Shown here in pieces: positions 35,797 to 46,045 of a stretch of DNA of 64,000 nucleotides. The notes beneath the pieces are model-generated. The model had not been told where the DNA came from and did no database searches. It saw only the letters and a program-made list of their open reading frames with translations. Position numbers and translations under genes: made by a program. Numbering within the stretch: the first letter of the stretch is position 1; the number at the start of each line of letters is the position of its first letter. Source of the DNA: a virus; IMG/VR virus record IMGVR_UViG_3300048815_000026, positions 5,311 to 69,310 of that record. One strand, written 5' to 3'.

Positions 35797-36189
35797 TTAT
35801 CCCTGGTTGTCTACCGTCGCGATCCACACCGCGCCGTAGTTGCTCCCGTTGGCCGGAAAGCCCGCGCCGCTGTACGTGCCAGCGGCTAGCTGTGAACCCC
35901 CTGAATAAAAGTTGATCCCGCACTCCCCTGCGGTGCCGTTGCCGCCGATCTGCAGCTCAGGGACGTTCCCCCCTGTGGTTGATCCCAAGGTCATCGGCCG
36001 GGCAAACGGGCCGGTAAAGTCCGGCACCTGGAAATCCTCGAGCCCGTTAGGATTGCCCGCCGTGTTGAAGTTGAGTACCTCGGCATAGTTTTGCGCATAG
36101 CTGCCGCTAAATACAGCCAGCCAGAGGCGGAAGTTTGGGCTGCGGCCCTTGCCCCGAAGGTATGCCTGATAAGTCAGCGTGTTTGCCAT
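35797..36189 (-). CDS. virion protein
   Basis: AAGGAG RBS. Confidence 0.7.
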   Translation of the reverse strand: MANTLTYQAYLRGKGRSPNFRLWLAVFSGSYAQNYAEVLNFNTAGNPNGLEDFQVPDFTGPFARPMTLGSTTGGNVPELQIGGNGTAGECGINFYSGGSQLAAGTYSGAGFPANGSNYGAVWIATVDNQG

Positions 36190-36202
36190 GTTTGCTTCTC
36201 CT

Positions 36203-36529
36203 TTAAAGTGCTTCGATTGAGTAGTAGAGGCTCCAGGTTCCGGTGCCAGACTGAGTAACGGAGAGGCTGATGGCATCTCCAGATGCGGCGTAAATCACCA
36301 TCGCCCCAGGTCCAGTAAAGGACAGGTTCTCGGAGCGGGCCGCCGAACTGTCATTCCAATAGACCGTTGAGGATGCGCTGAATCCATCGGTTATCAGAAC
36401 GGTCCCAACGTTGACCCGATAGAGTCCAGAGACTGTGGGCGTAAAAACAGCAGTTTCGGCGAGCGATTCGGTTTGACTAAGGAAGCTCCCACTCGCCACG
36501 GTCTGAGGTAACGTAATACAGTTCGACAT
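36203..36529 (-). CDS. small beta-rich hypothetical protein
   Basis: AGGAG RBS; lower GC than flanks. Confidence 0.6.
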   Translation of the reverse strand: MSNCITLPQTVASGSFLSQTESLAETAVFTPTVSGLYRVNVGTVLITDGFSASSTVYWNDSSAARSENLSFTGPGAMVIYAASGDAISLSVTQSGTGTWSLYYSIEAL

Positions 36530-36555
36530 TGCCGCTGTTTTCTCCTGTGAAGAAA

Positions 36556-37245
36556 TTAAGTGCCGTACTGCCTGCCGCCGCGGCCCCGCCGCGTCATTCG
36601 CGCCACCCTGCGCACCTGGCCCTGCTCCGCCTTCACCAGCTGCTCCATGATTTCGTCCATGCCCTCGAGCGCCTTCTGCTCGTACTGCTGCGTCCACGCT
36701 TCATTGCCGCGCACCGTGGCAATCAGCGCCGCCGTCCCATAAGCCACCACGTAGCCAATCCGCGGATGCGAAATGAGCACTGAGTCATTGCTGGTCAACA
36801 CCGGCGGCCCAAACTCCCCGCGAATGCGCAGATCGACCGCGAACGTTGCTGGCCCCAGCCAGATCACATCTGAGCGAAACTCCCACCCGGGTATGCCTTG
36901 CTGGGGCAGAAAGTCCGGCAGCACCTCGTAGTTATGCACCAGTTGGTAATTCTGTGGGGGATTGCCCGCCGGCTTCCAGTCGATGCGTAGCGGCTGGTCG
37001 GTCAGCGTGCCCAGCAGCTGGCCAGGCTGCTGCTGCGGCGCCAGGTTGGGCGTCCCCGCCGCGATGTTAGGACACTCCACAGTCGAGATATCCCACGAGG
37101 TGCCGGTGTTCGCCAACTGCGAATTGGCGTCGTCGTACACCTCGTTAATCAGCGGCTCGATGAACGCATCCGTAAGATACGATCCCTGGGGATCGTCCAA
37201 CAAATTGCGCACCCGAGCCTTGACCTGTCCCAGCGTCCAACTCAT
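36556..37245 (-). CDS. head-tail adaptor
   Basis: TLGQVKARVRNLLDD..LINEVY..VVAYGTAA typical of adaptors. Confidence 0.7.
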   Translation of the reverse strand: MSWTLGQVKARVRNLLDDPQGSYLTDAFIEPLINEVYDDANSQLANTGTSWDISTVECPNIAAGTPNLAPQQQPGQLLGTLTDQPLRIDWKPAGNPPQNYQLVHNYEVLPDFLPQQGIPGWEFRSDVIWLGPATFAVDLRIRGEFGPPVLTSNDSVLISHPRIGYVVAYGTAALIATVRGNEAWTQQYEQKALEGMDEIMEQLVKAEQGQVRRVARMTRRGRGGRQYGT

Positions 37246-37325
37246 TTGCTTGCCCCTTCTCGACAGGATGGAGTCAAAGCGCGCCCTCCTCCGATGCCAT
37301 CGCCACTCATAAAGCCACTGCCGGA

Positions 37326-38306
37326 TCATTCAACCTTTGCCGCCGGAGGGTCGACCATGCGGAATTTCTTCAGCTTGTCCCGCTCCAGCTTGATCGCGTT
37401 GACCTCTTTCCACTCCTCCGCGCTCAGCCGGTCAAACTCCTGCGCCCCGTAAGCGATGCGCGCGTTCTTGTAGGCCGCCACCACGTTGAAGATGTGGCCG
37501 CAGTTGGTGCACAGCACCGCACCCTCCTTGGGCATCGACATGCAGCTGGGGCAGGGATCCGGCTGCTTGGTCATCAGCGTGTTCTGCTGCATCACCCACC
37601 GCGGCAGCTCAGGAATCAGCCCCTCAGCCACCGCCATGCGCGCCATCTCGCGGTGCACGTCGTTCACGTTCATGCGCTGGAATTCGTTCTCGTACCACAT
37701 GTTGGCTGATTGCAGCCGGTTCATCAGCGAGTTGTTCCGCTTCAGCCGCACCCGGGCCAGAATCTCGTCAAAGACGCGGTCGACGACGTTGATGTAAAAC
37801 TCGCCCGTCTCGTCATAAGCGATCTCCGGCACCCTCACCCGCTGGCCCTTCTTGATGGTCGCCGGATCCTGGTCGCCCACGTAGCACAGCACGCCGCCGA
37901 AGCCGCCGTCCTGCTGCACATACTCGCGGATGTATTCGGAAGCCAGCACCAGGGGGATGCAGGGTACCGGCTCCATCTGCATCATGTTCTGCGCATCGCA
38001 CCCCAGGTCTTTGTGTCCCCAGCGCACGTCCCGGATCACATGCACCGTGTACGGCTTGTCCTGCGGGCAGGCCGCAATCTGCTCTCCCGAGAAATAGACA
38101 CCGCCATTGATCTCGAGGAAAAACGGGTTCAGGTTAAGAATGGTGACCGGCCTGTCCGTCTCGTTCTGACGAATGGTGCGCAGCATGTCGTTGTACCGCT
38201 TCTGCGACCACCGCATCCCGGGATCCTTGAACTTCCCTGGATCCTTGCCAATCAAAGCCTCTGCATTCGCCCGCTGCATCTCAGGCGTAATCACTACCGT
38301 TGCCAT
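37326..38306 (-). CDS. hypothetical protein with C-terminal zinc ribbon
   Basis: CPSC..CTNC. Confidence 0.75.
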   Translation of the reverse strand: MATVVITPEMQRANAEALIGKDPGKFKDPGMRWSQKRYNDMLRTIRQNETDRPVTILNLNPFFLEINGGVYFSGEQIAACPQDKPYTVHVIRDVRWGHKDLGCDAQNMMQMEPVPCIPLVLASEYIREYVQQDGGFGGVLCYVGDQDPATIKKGQRVRVPEIAYDETGEFYINVVDRVFDEILARVRLKRNNSLMNRLQSANMWYENEFQRMNVNDVHREMARMAVAEGLIPELPRWVMQQNTLMTKQPDPCPSCMSMPKEGAVLCTNCGHIFNVVAAYKNARIAYGAQEFDRLSAEEWKEVNAIKLERDKLKKFRMVDPPAAKVE

Positions 38307-38319
38307 TGCTCTCTCCTTT

Positions 38320-38634
38320 TTAGAAAAGCGTGTATTTGCTGAGCCGCTTCTTTAGCCGCTCAATCTCGCCCCGCAGCTGATCGTTCTCCCTCTTGAGTTC
38401 GATCAGCATATCCACCGGGATCACCGCGTTGCTGCTGGGTTGTGGCCTTGTCCAGCGCGCTGGGAAAACGGCGTCCACCGTGACCTTTAGCGCATACTCC
38501 AGAACAAAAATACTCTCCTCCGCCGTCTGCGCCGAAATCCTGTTGCCCGGCGTGAATATCTCCAACCCTGTCGGAGGCGGATCCGCGATGACTGGCTTTA
38601 CCGCGGCCTTGCGTGTTGGCTTTTTCTTTTCCAC
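38320..38634 (-). CDS. hypothetical protein
   Basis: GGAGAGG RBS; C-terminal coiled coil. Confidence 0.6.
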   Translation of the reverse strand: MEKKKPTRKAAVKPVIADPPPTGLEIFTPGNRISAQTAEESIFVLEYALKVTVDAVFPARWTRPQPSSNAVIPVDMLIELKRENDQLRGEIERLKKRLSKYTLF

Positions 38635-38739
38635 ATCTTTCCTCTCCTGTTAAGCTGGTGCCTTAACGGCGGATCGCAAAGAGCTATCGGGACCAGAAAT
38701 CCCGTGCGCTGAGGTCGTCCGCAGCTTTCCGCCGTTCCC

Positions 38740-39447
38740 TTACAAAATTCCAATGTGCTCGTTGCTGTTGCCCGTCCGCCGAGCCAAATCCTGCCGCCAC
38801 CGGCTCGCCGCCAGGCTGGTCGAAGACAAGGGCGAAAGATGGTCAGCCATCAGGGCCTCGTACTCCACCTTGCGCTTCGCCTCCGCCTGCTCCTCCTCGT
38901 ACTGATACCGCAGCAGATACTCTTCCGCCCGCGACTGCGCCGTGCCCCGCCGGCTGTTGATCTTATGGCAATACTGCGAAATCAGCCCCTGCAGCACGTC
39001 CGTGGTCGGCACCTTCGCCCAGGGACCAAAGATCATCTCGTAGTCGCCACACTCCGGGTAAGGTCCCAGGCACGGCGTCACCCCATCGATCGCCACAAAG
39101 CTGTACCAATCCGCCTGCGTCCCATAGCTCGATGCCGGAAACCACTTCTCCAGAATCCAGCCCGCGGCATGCGGATACTTCACCACCTCGCGCTTCTCTG
39201 TGACCACGCGCAGCGGCTTGTTATCGTGGCGCGTGAAATTGCAGCCCGGCGCGTTGGGGTTAGGCGAAAAATTCAGCCCGCCCTTCTCCGCCGTCGACAA
39301 TCCCGGCGCCCAGTCGCGGTACACCCCGGCCTCTTTCACCATCCGCTCCGTGCCCACCACCATCCGCCACTGCGGGCCGCCAAACGGATTCTTGCCTCCA
39401 TACGTCACCAGAAAACGCTCGGTTGCCCGAGGAACCTTGTGGATCAA
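38740..39447 (-). CDS. hypothetical phage protein
   Basis: TTG start after GAGGAGG, overlapping upstream stop. Confidence 0.7.
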   Translation of the reverse strand: MIHKVPRATERFLVTYGGKNPFGGPQWRMVVGTERMVKEAGVYRDWAPGLSTAEKGGLNFSPNPNAPGCNFTRHDNKPLRVVTEKREVVKYPHAAGWILEKWFPASSYGTQADWYSFVAIDGVTPCLGPYPECGDYEMIFGPWAKVPTTDVLQGLISQYCHKINSRRGTAQSRAEEYLLRYQYEEEQAEAKRKVEYEALMADHLSPLSSTSLAASRWRQDLARRTGNSNEHIGIL

Positions 39448-39698
39448 TGCAACCTCCTCTGCCAAGCAATCAGCGAGGTCTCCGCCAGAAGCCAGTCGCG
39501 CTCCGCGGTCCCCGCCGGCCGCCCGCTCCCTACCCAAATCTTTTCTGCCAGCGGCGCAATCAACCCCTGCGACGGCAAACACCACCAAACCGCCGTGGTC
39601 GCCCCGCCAGGTGACGCCGGAGGAATCACCTCTCGCCGGCAATCCCACAACGGAATCGGCTGGTAGCTCTCTACTGCGGCTCCCGCGCGTAACAACAT
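39444..39698 (-). CDS. DUF2934-like protein
   Basis: LAEKIWVGSGRPAGTAERDWLLAE; GGAGG RBS inside 45-nt motif. Confidence 0.55.
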   Translation of the reverse strand: MLLRAGAAVESYQPIPLWDCRREVIPPASPGGATTAVWWCLPSQGLIAPLAEKIWVGSGRPAGTAERDWLLAETSLIAWQRRLH

Positions 39699-39720
39699 CT
39701 GTTCCTCCCTCGGTATCCGC
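39676..39720 (-). promoter_or_regulatory. 45-nt conserved hairpin motif copy 1
   Basis: GCGGATACCGAGGG...TTACGCGCGGGAGCCGC. Confidence 0.65.
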
Positions 39721-39721
39721 T

Positions 39722-42661
39722 CTACTGCGTGCATGAGTACCCCCAGATGTAAAGCGTCGAGGACGCCAGCGCCGACGACCCCGAAGTGATCGCAAACGCC
39801 GTGTTCGAACCCACCGGCACATACGCCTGCCCGGCCCCGCTAAGCGCCGAAGCCGCGGCATTCGCCGGCCACAGCGAACACTTCGCCAGGGTCGCGTACG
39901 CCGTCCCAAACGTCCCCGTCGCAATGGTCGAGGACGCCGCCGGCGAACTCCCCGTGGTCACACTCAGATAGCCGGACACATCATTCGAATTGGCATTCGC
40001 CGCCAGCGTGGGACCGGTCCCCGCACCGCTCCCCGCCGCCCAGGTGGGCACCGAAGCATACGTCCCCGCAGCCATGCCTCCAAGATGCTTGGCCTGCACC
40101 AGGCCCGTCACCGTGCTCTGCGGCTCCAGCACGCTCGACGCCTGCGTCATGTCGATGGTGATCGGGAACCCGCACCCGCCGTACTGGTTGAATGAAAAGC
40201 TCTCCGTCGACAGCGTCGGATACTGGTCCAGCCAGCCCACAGATTCCGTCTGCTGCGCCCCCGAAGCCCAGCATTTCGATTGGTAATAAAGCACCGCACC
40301 ATTCACGTAACTGCCGCTGGTCGCCCCGGCGGTGGGCAGAAAGTAGTAGTTGGGCGGCACAAAGCTCTGGATCATGCCCCCATTGCGGAACACCATCGAG
40401 TGCCCGGGATCGGTGTACGTGTAGGTGGTCGCCGCATTGGCCGCCGTCGGCCCCAGGTAGCCGGTCGCCGTCGCATAAGTGATCGCGATGTTCCACATCG
40501 AATGCGATCCGCTGGTCGACGCATCGTAAATCTGGCCGGTGAAGCTGGTGGCGTTGGTGTCATTCACATTGATATTCGTGAGGTTCACGAAGCCCACGGC
40601 TGTGTTGGCCAGGTAAACCGCGTCAATGCCCGTCGAAACCTGATTGACCGCATTGAAGGCGAGCCCGGTGCCTGTCAGCCGGTTGGTGTTCTGGTCATAG
40701 AGGCCATAGGTGCCCACGTCCGTGCATTTAATGGCATCCAGGTTGACCTCGTTGCCTTCGGTCTGCAAGCAGCCGGTGGTGTTGCCATTGCCCACGTCGT
40801 AGAAGACCAGGTTCGAGGCCTGGACGTCGTCATTCTGGTACTCCGCCATCTGCAGGCCCCAGCTGGAGACGTGGGTGGCTTCGATGTTCGAAAAGGCGAT
40901 ATGCGAAATCGGCCCCGATGGGTTGGTCCCCACATTGACGTAGAGAGCCTGGGCCGTGGCCACGTTGAGCGGATTGCTCCCGTATCCGGTGCCGTAGATG
41001 GCGCCGTTCGAAATGGCGACGCGATCAGGCCAGTGGGCAGTAGTGGTGCTGGGATCTTGCCCAACAAAAACGCTCTCCTTGGCGCTGCCCACAATCGAGA
41101 AGCCGTCCACCGCCACGTTGCGGCAGGAATTCACCAGGATCCCTTCCAGGTCATTCGAACTGGTGATGTTCGCGGCCGTGATCTGCTCGCAGGGAATGGA
41201 GTGCGCGGTGTACTCGGAATCGAACCAGCTCACCTCGAAGCAGGCATCCTGGTTGTTCTGGCACGCCAGGCCATCGACCCGCAGATCCTGATTGTTGATC
41301 ATGAACGTGCCGTTAGCGTAGAAGTTCGAAACCTTCAGGTTCTTGATAGAGGTGTGAACTGAGCTCGCCAGCCGAAGTCCTGATAAGTCACCGTTGTTGA
41401 GCGAGACATTCTCGATCCGGCAATTAGTGCAAGTCTCGATGTCGACCGCATAGCCGCTGGAACGGGTGGTGGCCGTAGGGGTAAAGGAGACCGATAAATT
41501 TGCCAGCCCGAAGCCAGTCGCACCGGTCGACTGTAAGCAGTCCGCTGCGCCGACCGTGTTACAAGCCAGGCTCGAAGCAGGACCATCTCCCCAAATGAGT
41601 ACATTGTTTGCGCCAGTAAGCACAGGGCCCGAGCTGTTGTTAAGCAGATAGTTTCCCGCAGGTACATAAACGCTCTTTCCCGTGGCGCTGGCCGCGGCCA
41701 CCGCATTCTGCAACCCTGCGGTGTCCAGTGACAGATTCCCCCCGGTCGCCCCGAAATCTAGAATGGAAATCGAATCCTGCAGCTTGGAAGTGACCGTCCG
41801 CGTCACCGCCCCGCTGCCACCTTGGTTGTAATTCGCGCTGGCTGCATTATTCGCCACAAACTGATCAGTGGCCACATCGGTCGAGGTGTCTCCATTGCTC
41901 TGCGTCGTCGCCGTGGTGCTGTTCGGCAGCGCCGACGCCGCAGAAAGTGACCCGGCCGATCCGCTGGTGTTCGCGTTGGGCAGCGCGTAATCCGTCCCAG
42001 GAGTCGCCGCCACTGACAGACCAGGCGACCCGCCGCCCTTCAGCACTAGCGTGGTGTTGGGAATCGTCGCCCCGCTCACATTCACCTGCTGGTACTGCGA
42101 ACCGTTCCACGCATACGACGTGTACGGCGTCGTCGTGATATCGATCAGCCCCAGCGAACTGATCCCATGCACCGAAGCGATCACCGTCGCCGGGTTGCCC
42201 GGCTGCACCAGCCGATACCACTCCCAGTTGAGGATGATCGTATTGACGCCATTGTTCGTCTGGTTGGCCGTGATGGCCTCTTGCAGCCCGCCAGTGCCCG
42301 AGGTCAGGTAATAAGGGGGGACATGGGTATAGGTGGTGCTCATGTTCACGACGCAAGCCGTGATGTACACCGAACTGGGCGTGGCGATCTCCGTGTGCGC
42401 GGGGTTGCCATCGACAATCTTGATCGGGCGCCCCGCAGCAAACGCCGCAAAATTCTTGCCTCCACCGCTCACCTGGCAAGTGCCGGCAGGAAACTGAAAG
42501 CTCCCGATGTTCTGCCCCGGCACTTGAAACTCGCCATACTCCGCGGCAATCGGCTGCCCTTCGACATTCTGCGCCTGACAGCTGATCGCGAGCACAAACC
42601 CCGCCAGCACCAGCAACACTGCGAAAATCATGGCCCTGCGATGAAGTCTTTTCATTTTCAC
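39722..42661 (-). CDS. tailspike-like beta-helix protein with signal peptide
   Basis: ISILDFGATG..DTAGLQNA..VYVPAGNY pectate-lyase-3-like start; SCQAQ cleavage site. Confidence 0.75.
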   Translation of the reverse strand: MKMKRLHRRAMIFAVLLVLAGFVLAISCQAQNVEGQPIAAEYGEFQVPGQNIGSFQFPAGTCQVSGGGKNFAAFAAGRPIKIVDGNPAHTEIATPSSVYITACVVNMSTTYTHVPPYYLTSGTGGLQEAITANQTNNGVNTIILNWEWYRLVQPGNPATVIASVHGISSLGLIDITTTPYTSYAWNGSQYQQVNVSGATIPNTTLVLKGGGSPGLSVAATPGTDYALPNANTSGSAGSLSAASALPNSTTATTQSNGDTSTDVATDQFVANNAASANYNQGGSGAVTRTVTSKLQDSISILDFGATGGNLSLDTAGLQNAVAAASATGKSVYVPAGNYLLNNSSGPVLTGANNVLIWGDGPASSLACNTVGAADCLQSTGATGFGLANLSVSFTPTATTRSSGYAVDIETCTNCRIENVSLNNGDLSGLRLASSVHTSIKNLKVSNFYANGTFMINNQDLRVDGLACQNNQDACFEVSWFDSEYTAHSIPCEQITAANITSSNDLEGILVNSCRNVAVDGFSIVGSAKESVFVGQDPSTTTAHWPDRVAISNGAIYGTGYGSNPLNVATAQALYVNVGTNPSGPISHIAFSNIEATHVSSWGLQMAEYQNDDVQASNLVFYDVGNGNTTGCLQTEGNEVNLDAIKCTDVGTYGLYDQNTNRLTGTGLAFNAVNQVSTGIDAVYLANTAVGFVNLTNINVNDTNATSFTGQIYDASTSGSHSMWNIAITYATATGYLGPTAANAATTYTYTDPGHSMVFRNGGMIQSFVPPNYYFLPTAGATSGSYVNGAVLYYQSKCWASGAQQTESVGWLDQYPTLSTESFSFNQYGGCGFPITIDMTQASSVLEPQSTVTGLVQAKHLGGMAAGTYASVPTWAAGSGAGTGPTLAANANSNDVSGYLSVTTGSSPAASSTIATGTFGTAYATLAKCSLWPANAAASALSGAGQAYVPVGSNTAFAITSGSSALASSTLYIWGYSCTQ

Positions 42662-42663
42662 TC

Positions 42664-42696
42664 AAAAAGAAGGGCCGGAGCCTTCGCTCCGACCCC
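42664..42696 (-). terminator. intrinsic terminator after capsid gene
   Basis: GGGGTCGGAGC-GAAG-GCTCCGGCCCT-TCTTTTT. Confidence 0.8.
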
Positions 42697-42717
42697 GCCA
42701 AAGCAACTGCTTCACGA

Positions 42718-44004
42718 CTAGTTAAACGCCGGCACCTTCAACCCGGTGACCGAGGAAATCGCCTGTGGATTGTCGACCGCGTACTGCCGCGCATCCACGT
42801 AGTAGCATCCCTCGTTCGCCGTCGGATTGCCCGAGCTCGGATCATAGATTTGGAACACCCACTGTCCCGCCCGGTTCTTGAACCAGAACGGCGCCTTGCC
42901 CCAAACCACCTTCAACCACGAACCGAACTCCATGAAGTCGATCCTGGTCTGGTCGGCGTGAATGTTCCTCACCACCTCGCGGCCGGCAATCTTGAACATG
43001 TTCTGGTTGGCTGCCACACCGTCATAGTTGCCGGTGAAGTTGCCGCTCCCAGACGTCCATTCCTGCCTGGCAAAGCCCATCTCCTCGTACGCCTGGATCT
43101 GAGAAGGATGTGCATGCCATACCTGCGACTTCAGCGCGTCGGTGCCCAGCGACTGCTCTACGCGGGAAAGCGCAGCGCGAATCATCGGCAGCGACAACGG
43201 AGCGCCGCCCGCGGCCACACCGTTCGCCACTACATAGTTCTGCGTCCGGTTGATGCCCAGGTACGTGCCCGTGGTCGAGGTGTTGTGAAAGTATGGAATC
43301 CCGTACCAGAACACAGGAGTCGTCGCCGCCACGCCGGCCACCATGATGAAGTCCCCGGCCACCGTGCCCGAAGGAACCGCGTCTACCGTGATCGACTGCG
43401 CCGAACCCAGCTTGTTGTTGACGTTGTTGACGTAGCAGGTGCCCCGCAGTGCGTAGGTGTTCGACATCACCTGCAGCTGCTGGCCCTGTCCGATCAGCCT
43501 GGCGCCCCACGGCGTCGACGTCAGGATGATCGGGTTGGCCCCGCCGCCGGCATAGCTGGCGTCCACCTGGGCAATCTTTCCATCGCCGGCTTGCTGCAGG
43601 AACTGATCGCGATTCTTTGCCATCTGCACTGCAACATCGGCCAGGGTCTTGGTCACCGGGTTTTCGGAAACTACCTTCGGCCCACCCTCACCAATGATGT
43701 CCACCAGGCGCGAATACTCCACCGGGATGCAAATCGCCAGCGGCGTCAGCGTGCCCTGATCCCACTGCGAAAAGCTGCCCGTGGGAAGAATGCCGCCATC
43801 CAGGTTGAACATGGCGACGTTGCCCGGGAAAGAGGTTTGGAAGCGCACACGAAAACTGCGCAAAGAAACCGGGGTGATCGAACCGCGCTCGGAAATCTTC
43901 GCATCCAAACGCGCTTCTTTTTCAATAAGCAGCTTGATGACCTCGTTCAAGGCCTCAAGCTGCAGCTGCTGTGTCGTTGACGCTGCACCAGTCACTGCGG
44001 CCAT
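42718..44004 (-). CDS. major capsid protein
   Basis: 428 aa after portal and scaffold, followed by terminator; TYLGINR and DNPQAISSVTGL motifs. Confidence 0.8.
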   Translation of the reverse strand: MAAVTGAASTTQQLQLEALNEVIKLLIEKEARLDAKISERGSITPVSLRSFRVRFQTSFPGNVAMFNLDGGILPTGSFSQWDQGTLTPLAICIPVEYSRLVDIIGEGGPKVVSENPVTKTLADVAVQMAKNRDQFLQQAGDGKIAQVDASYAGGGANPIILTSTPWGARLIGQGQQLQVMSNTYALRGTCYVNNVNNKLGSAQSITVDAVPSGTVAGDFIMVAGVAATTPVFWYGIPYFHNTSTTGTYLGINRTQNYVVANGVAAGGAPLSLPMIRAALSRVEQSLGTDALKSQVWHAHPSQIQAYEEMGFARQEWTSGSGNFTGNYDGVAANQNMFKIAGREVVRNIHADQTRIDFMEFGSWLKVVWGKAPFWFKNRAGQWVFQIYDPSSGNPTANEGCYYVDARQYAVDNPQAISSVTGLKVPAFN

Positions 44005-44038
44005 GCATTTGTCCTCGACCCACCCAAGGGTCTGCTAA

Positions 44039-44083
44039 GCGGCTCCCGCGGTAAAGACTTCTGTCTTTCCCCTCGGTATCCGC
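44039..44083 (-). promoter_or_regulatory. 45-nt conserved hairpin motif copy 2
   Basis: GCGGATACCGAGGG-GAAAGAC-AGAA-GTCTTT-ACCGCGGGAGCCGC upstream of capsid gene. Confidence 0.65.
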
Positions 44084-44240
44084 GCTAGAGGGCTGTCTCA
44101 CCCCTTAAAACCCCCCTTTAAAAGGGTATTTAATGGGCGGCACACTGCTGCGACTGCGCTCTCATTCGCCTTTCGTTGCCCTATCGCCGGGAGGTTGCGG
44201 CGCGTACCATCCTGAGCCAAGCGAACTCAACCGCAAAACT

Positions 44241-45899
44241 TTAACGGCCACCGGATGTCAAAAGCTGCAACACCCGCGGCAAAATCAATTCCCGCGCCAC
44301 CTTGTCAAACGGCTTGCCGGGATTAGCCCGCTGCCACTCCGCCTGGGCCGTATCGAACGCCGTCGACGCACCCACCGGCTGCCCCGCCGTCGAACCCGCC
44401 GGCGCCGTCGATCCCCGCGGCTCCGTCTGCCGGGTAGCCTCAGCCTGGCTGGCCTCTTTGGCCTGCTTCGCCTTGGCCCCGGTCACAATCTGCACTCCGG
44501 CCGCCTCCAGATCGTCCATCGCAATATCCGGCAAATACAACTGGATCGCCCGATCGACGACTGCCAACCGCCGCCCCCGCGACTTATCTCCGACCGGCAG
44601 CCGCTGCAGTTGCAGCATTTGCCTCTTGAACCCGGGATTATCGCCGATCTTCTTCCATAGTTTTTCCTGAATCCCCTTCGGCAGCGTCTCCTCGAGATAG
44701 GGGCTGATCGCGCTGCCCTGCGCCTTCACCCGCGCGATGATCTTGCCAATCTCGCTGTCTGCCCGCGTCCGCGCATCCTTGATCAAGCTCGTTTCGAACT
44801 GCTGCCGCGTCTGCACCTGCGAGCCGTGCTCCCGCTCTCGCAGCTTGGCCTCCCGCCGCTCGATGTCCTCCACCTTGCGCCGCAGGTTCTCCGGCAGCGC
44901 CTGCGAGTCCTCTTTCTTCGGATCCCGCATCTCCGCCAACATCTCGTCATATTGCTTCTTCAGCCGGAAATCTTTGTCGTAAGCCGCCTGCGCCTGCTCT
45001 GTGGTCTCTATCTCCGGCGCCTTGTGATACTGGTTGGCCTCCAGCCGATCGGAAACGTCCGCTAGGCGGTGCTCGATGTCCATCGCCACCACGTTGTCGA
45101 CGAACCCATAGAAGTCGTCGCCAATCACCGGGCGGCCGTTCTGCATCAGAACATTTCCGTCGTCGTCCCGCTCATAGCAGAGCTCTGCCATCTTCCCCAG
45201 GGCCTTCATGGTGCCCTCTTTGGTGGTCGAGGACATGAAGACTTCAGACATCTCGTTGAACGCCGTGGCCGACGTCACCGCTTCCTTGGCCGACTCCAGG
45301 TCAGGGAAAATTTCCCGGTAAGGCTTCAGCTCCGCAGCTTCCCGCGTCGTCTTGTATAGCTGCCCCTTCAGCTTCGGATCGCTCTCCAGCAGCTTCCCAA
45401 ACTCCGGGTTGTCGGTCACCATCTTGGTGAGCGCTTCCGGGGTGATGATCGGCTCCCGCATCAGGGGAGGCTGTTCCTCCGTGGCCGGCTTCTCCTCTGC
45501 TTTTTCTGCGGGGGTTTCAGGAGCCGCCACCGGCGCGGCCTCCGTCGCAGCCGCCGCCGGATCCACGGCCGGCAGTTCCACCGCCACCGTCGGCTCCTCG
45601 GAAACTTCTGGCTCAGGCGGAGCCGTCTTGGCCTTCTCGGCCGCCACCGCCAGGCGCTCCTGCACCAGAGCCTGCAGATATTCATCGCTGCCCGGCTTGA
45701 ACCGGCTGTCATTGGGGTCAATGTGCGACTCGACGCCGCTGCTTGCCCCAAACGTCTTCCCCGGCTGCGCAACTGGAGCCGCCGCCGCTGGAGCGGAAAC
45801 AGGGGCTGCTGGCGCTGCCGCAGGGGCTGCCGCGGGTGCGGGTGCTGCTGCTGGCGCCGCTGCCGGCGCGGGTGCTGCTACTGCTGCTTCTGGTGCCAT
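44241..45899 (-). CDS. scaffolding protein
   Basis: PA-rich N-terminus and coiled coils, between portal and capsid. Confidence 0.7.
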   Translation of the reverse strand: MAPEAAVAAPAPAAAPAAAPAPAAAPAAAPAAPVSAPAAAAPVAQPGKTFGASSGVESHIDPNDSRFKPGSDEYLQALVQERLAVAAEKAKTAPPEPEVSEEPTVAVELPAVDPAAAATEAAPVAAPETPAEKAEEKPATEEQPPLMREPIITPEALTKMVTDNPEFGKLLESDPKLKGQLYKTTREAAELKPYREIFPDLESAKEAVTSATAFNEMSEVFMSSTTKEGTMKALGKMAELCYERDDDGNVLMQNGRPVIGDDFYGFVDNVVAMDIEHRLADVSDRLEANQYHKAPEIETTEQAQAAYDKDFRLKKQYDEMLAEMRDPKKEDSQALPENLRRKVEDIERREAKLREREHGSQVQTRQQFETSLIKDARTRADSEIGKIIARVKAQGSAISPYLEETLPKGIQEKLWKKIGDNPGFKRQMLQLQRLPVGDKSRGRRLAVVDRAIQLYLPDIAMDDLEAAGVQIVTGAKAKQAKEASQAEATRQTEPRGSTAPAGSTAGQPVGASTAFDTAQAEWQRANPGKPFDKVARELILPRVLQLLTSGGR

Positions 45900-45960
45900 G
45901 ATCTCTTCCTCACTTTTTCATCCCACTGGCAGCGCTCGATAAAACCGCGCCACCCTAAAC

Positions 45961-46035
45961 TTGTCATCCTGAGCGCAGCGAACGGACCTGCTGTGCGCCC
46001 TTCGGCCTTCCCGAATTTCAACCGGCGCAAGTAGC
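45961..46035. repeat. REP-like element copy 2
   Basis: TTGTCATCCTGAGCGCAGCGAACGGACCTGCT...GGCGCAAGTAGC. Confidence 0.65.
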
Positions 46036-46045
46036 CGCGAAGCGC

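Noticed and set aside
45770-45899. GCT/GCC-rich repeats
   Set aside because: Encode the Pro/Ala-rich scaffold N-terminus
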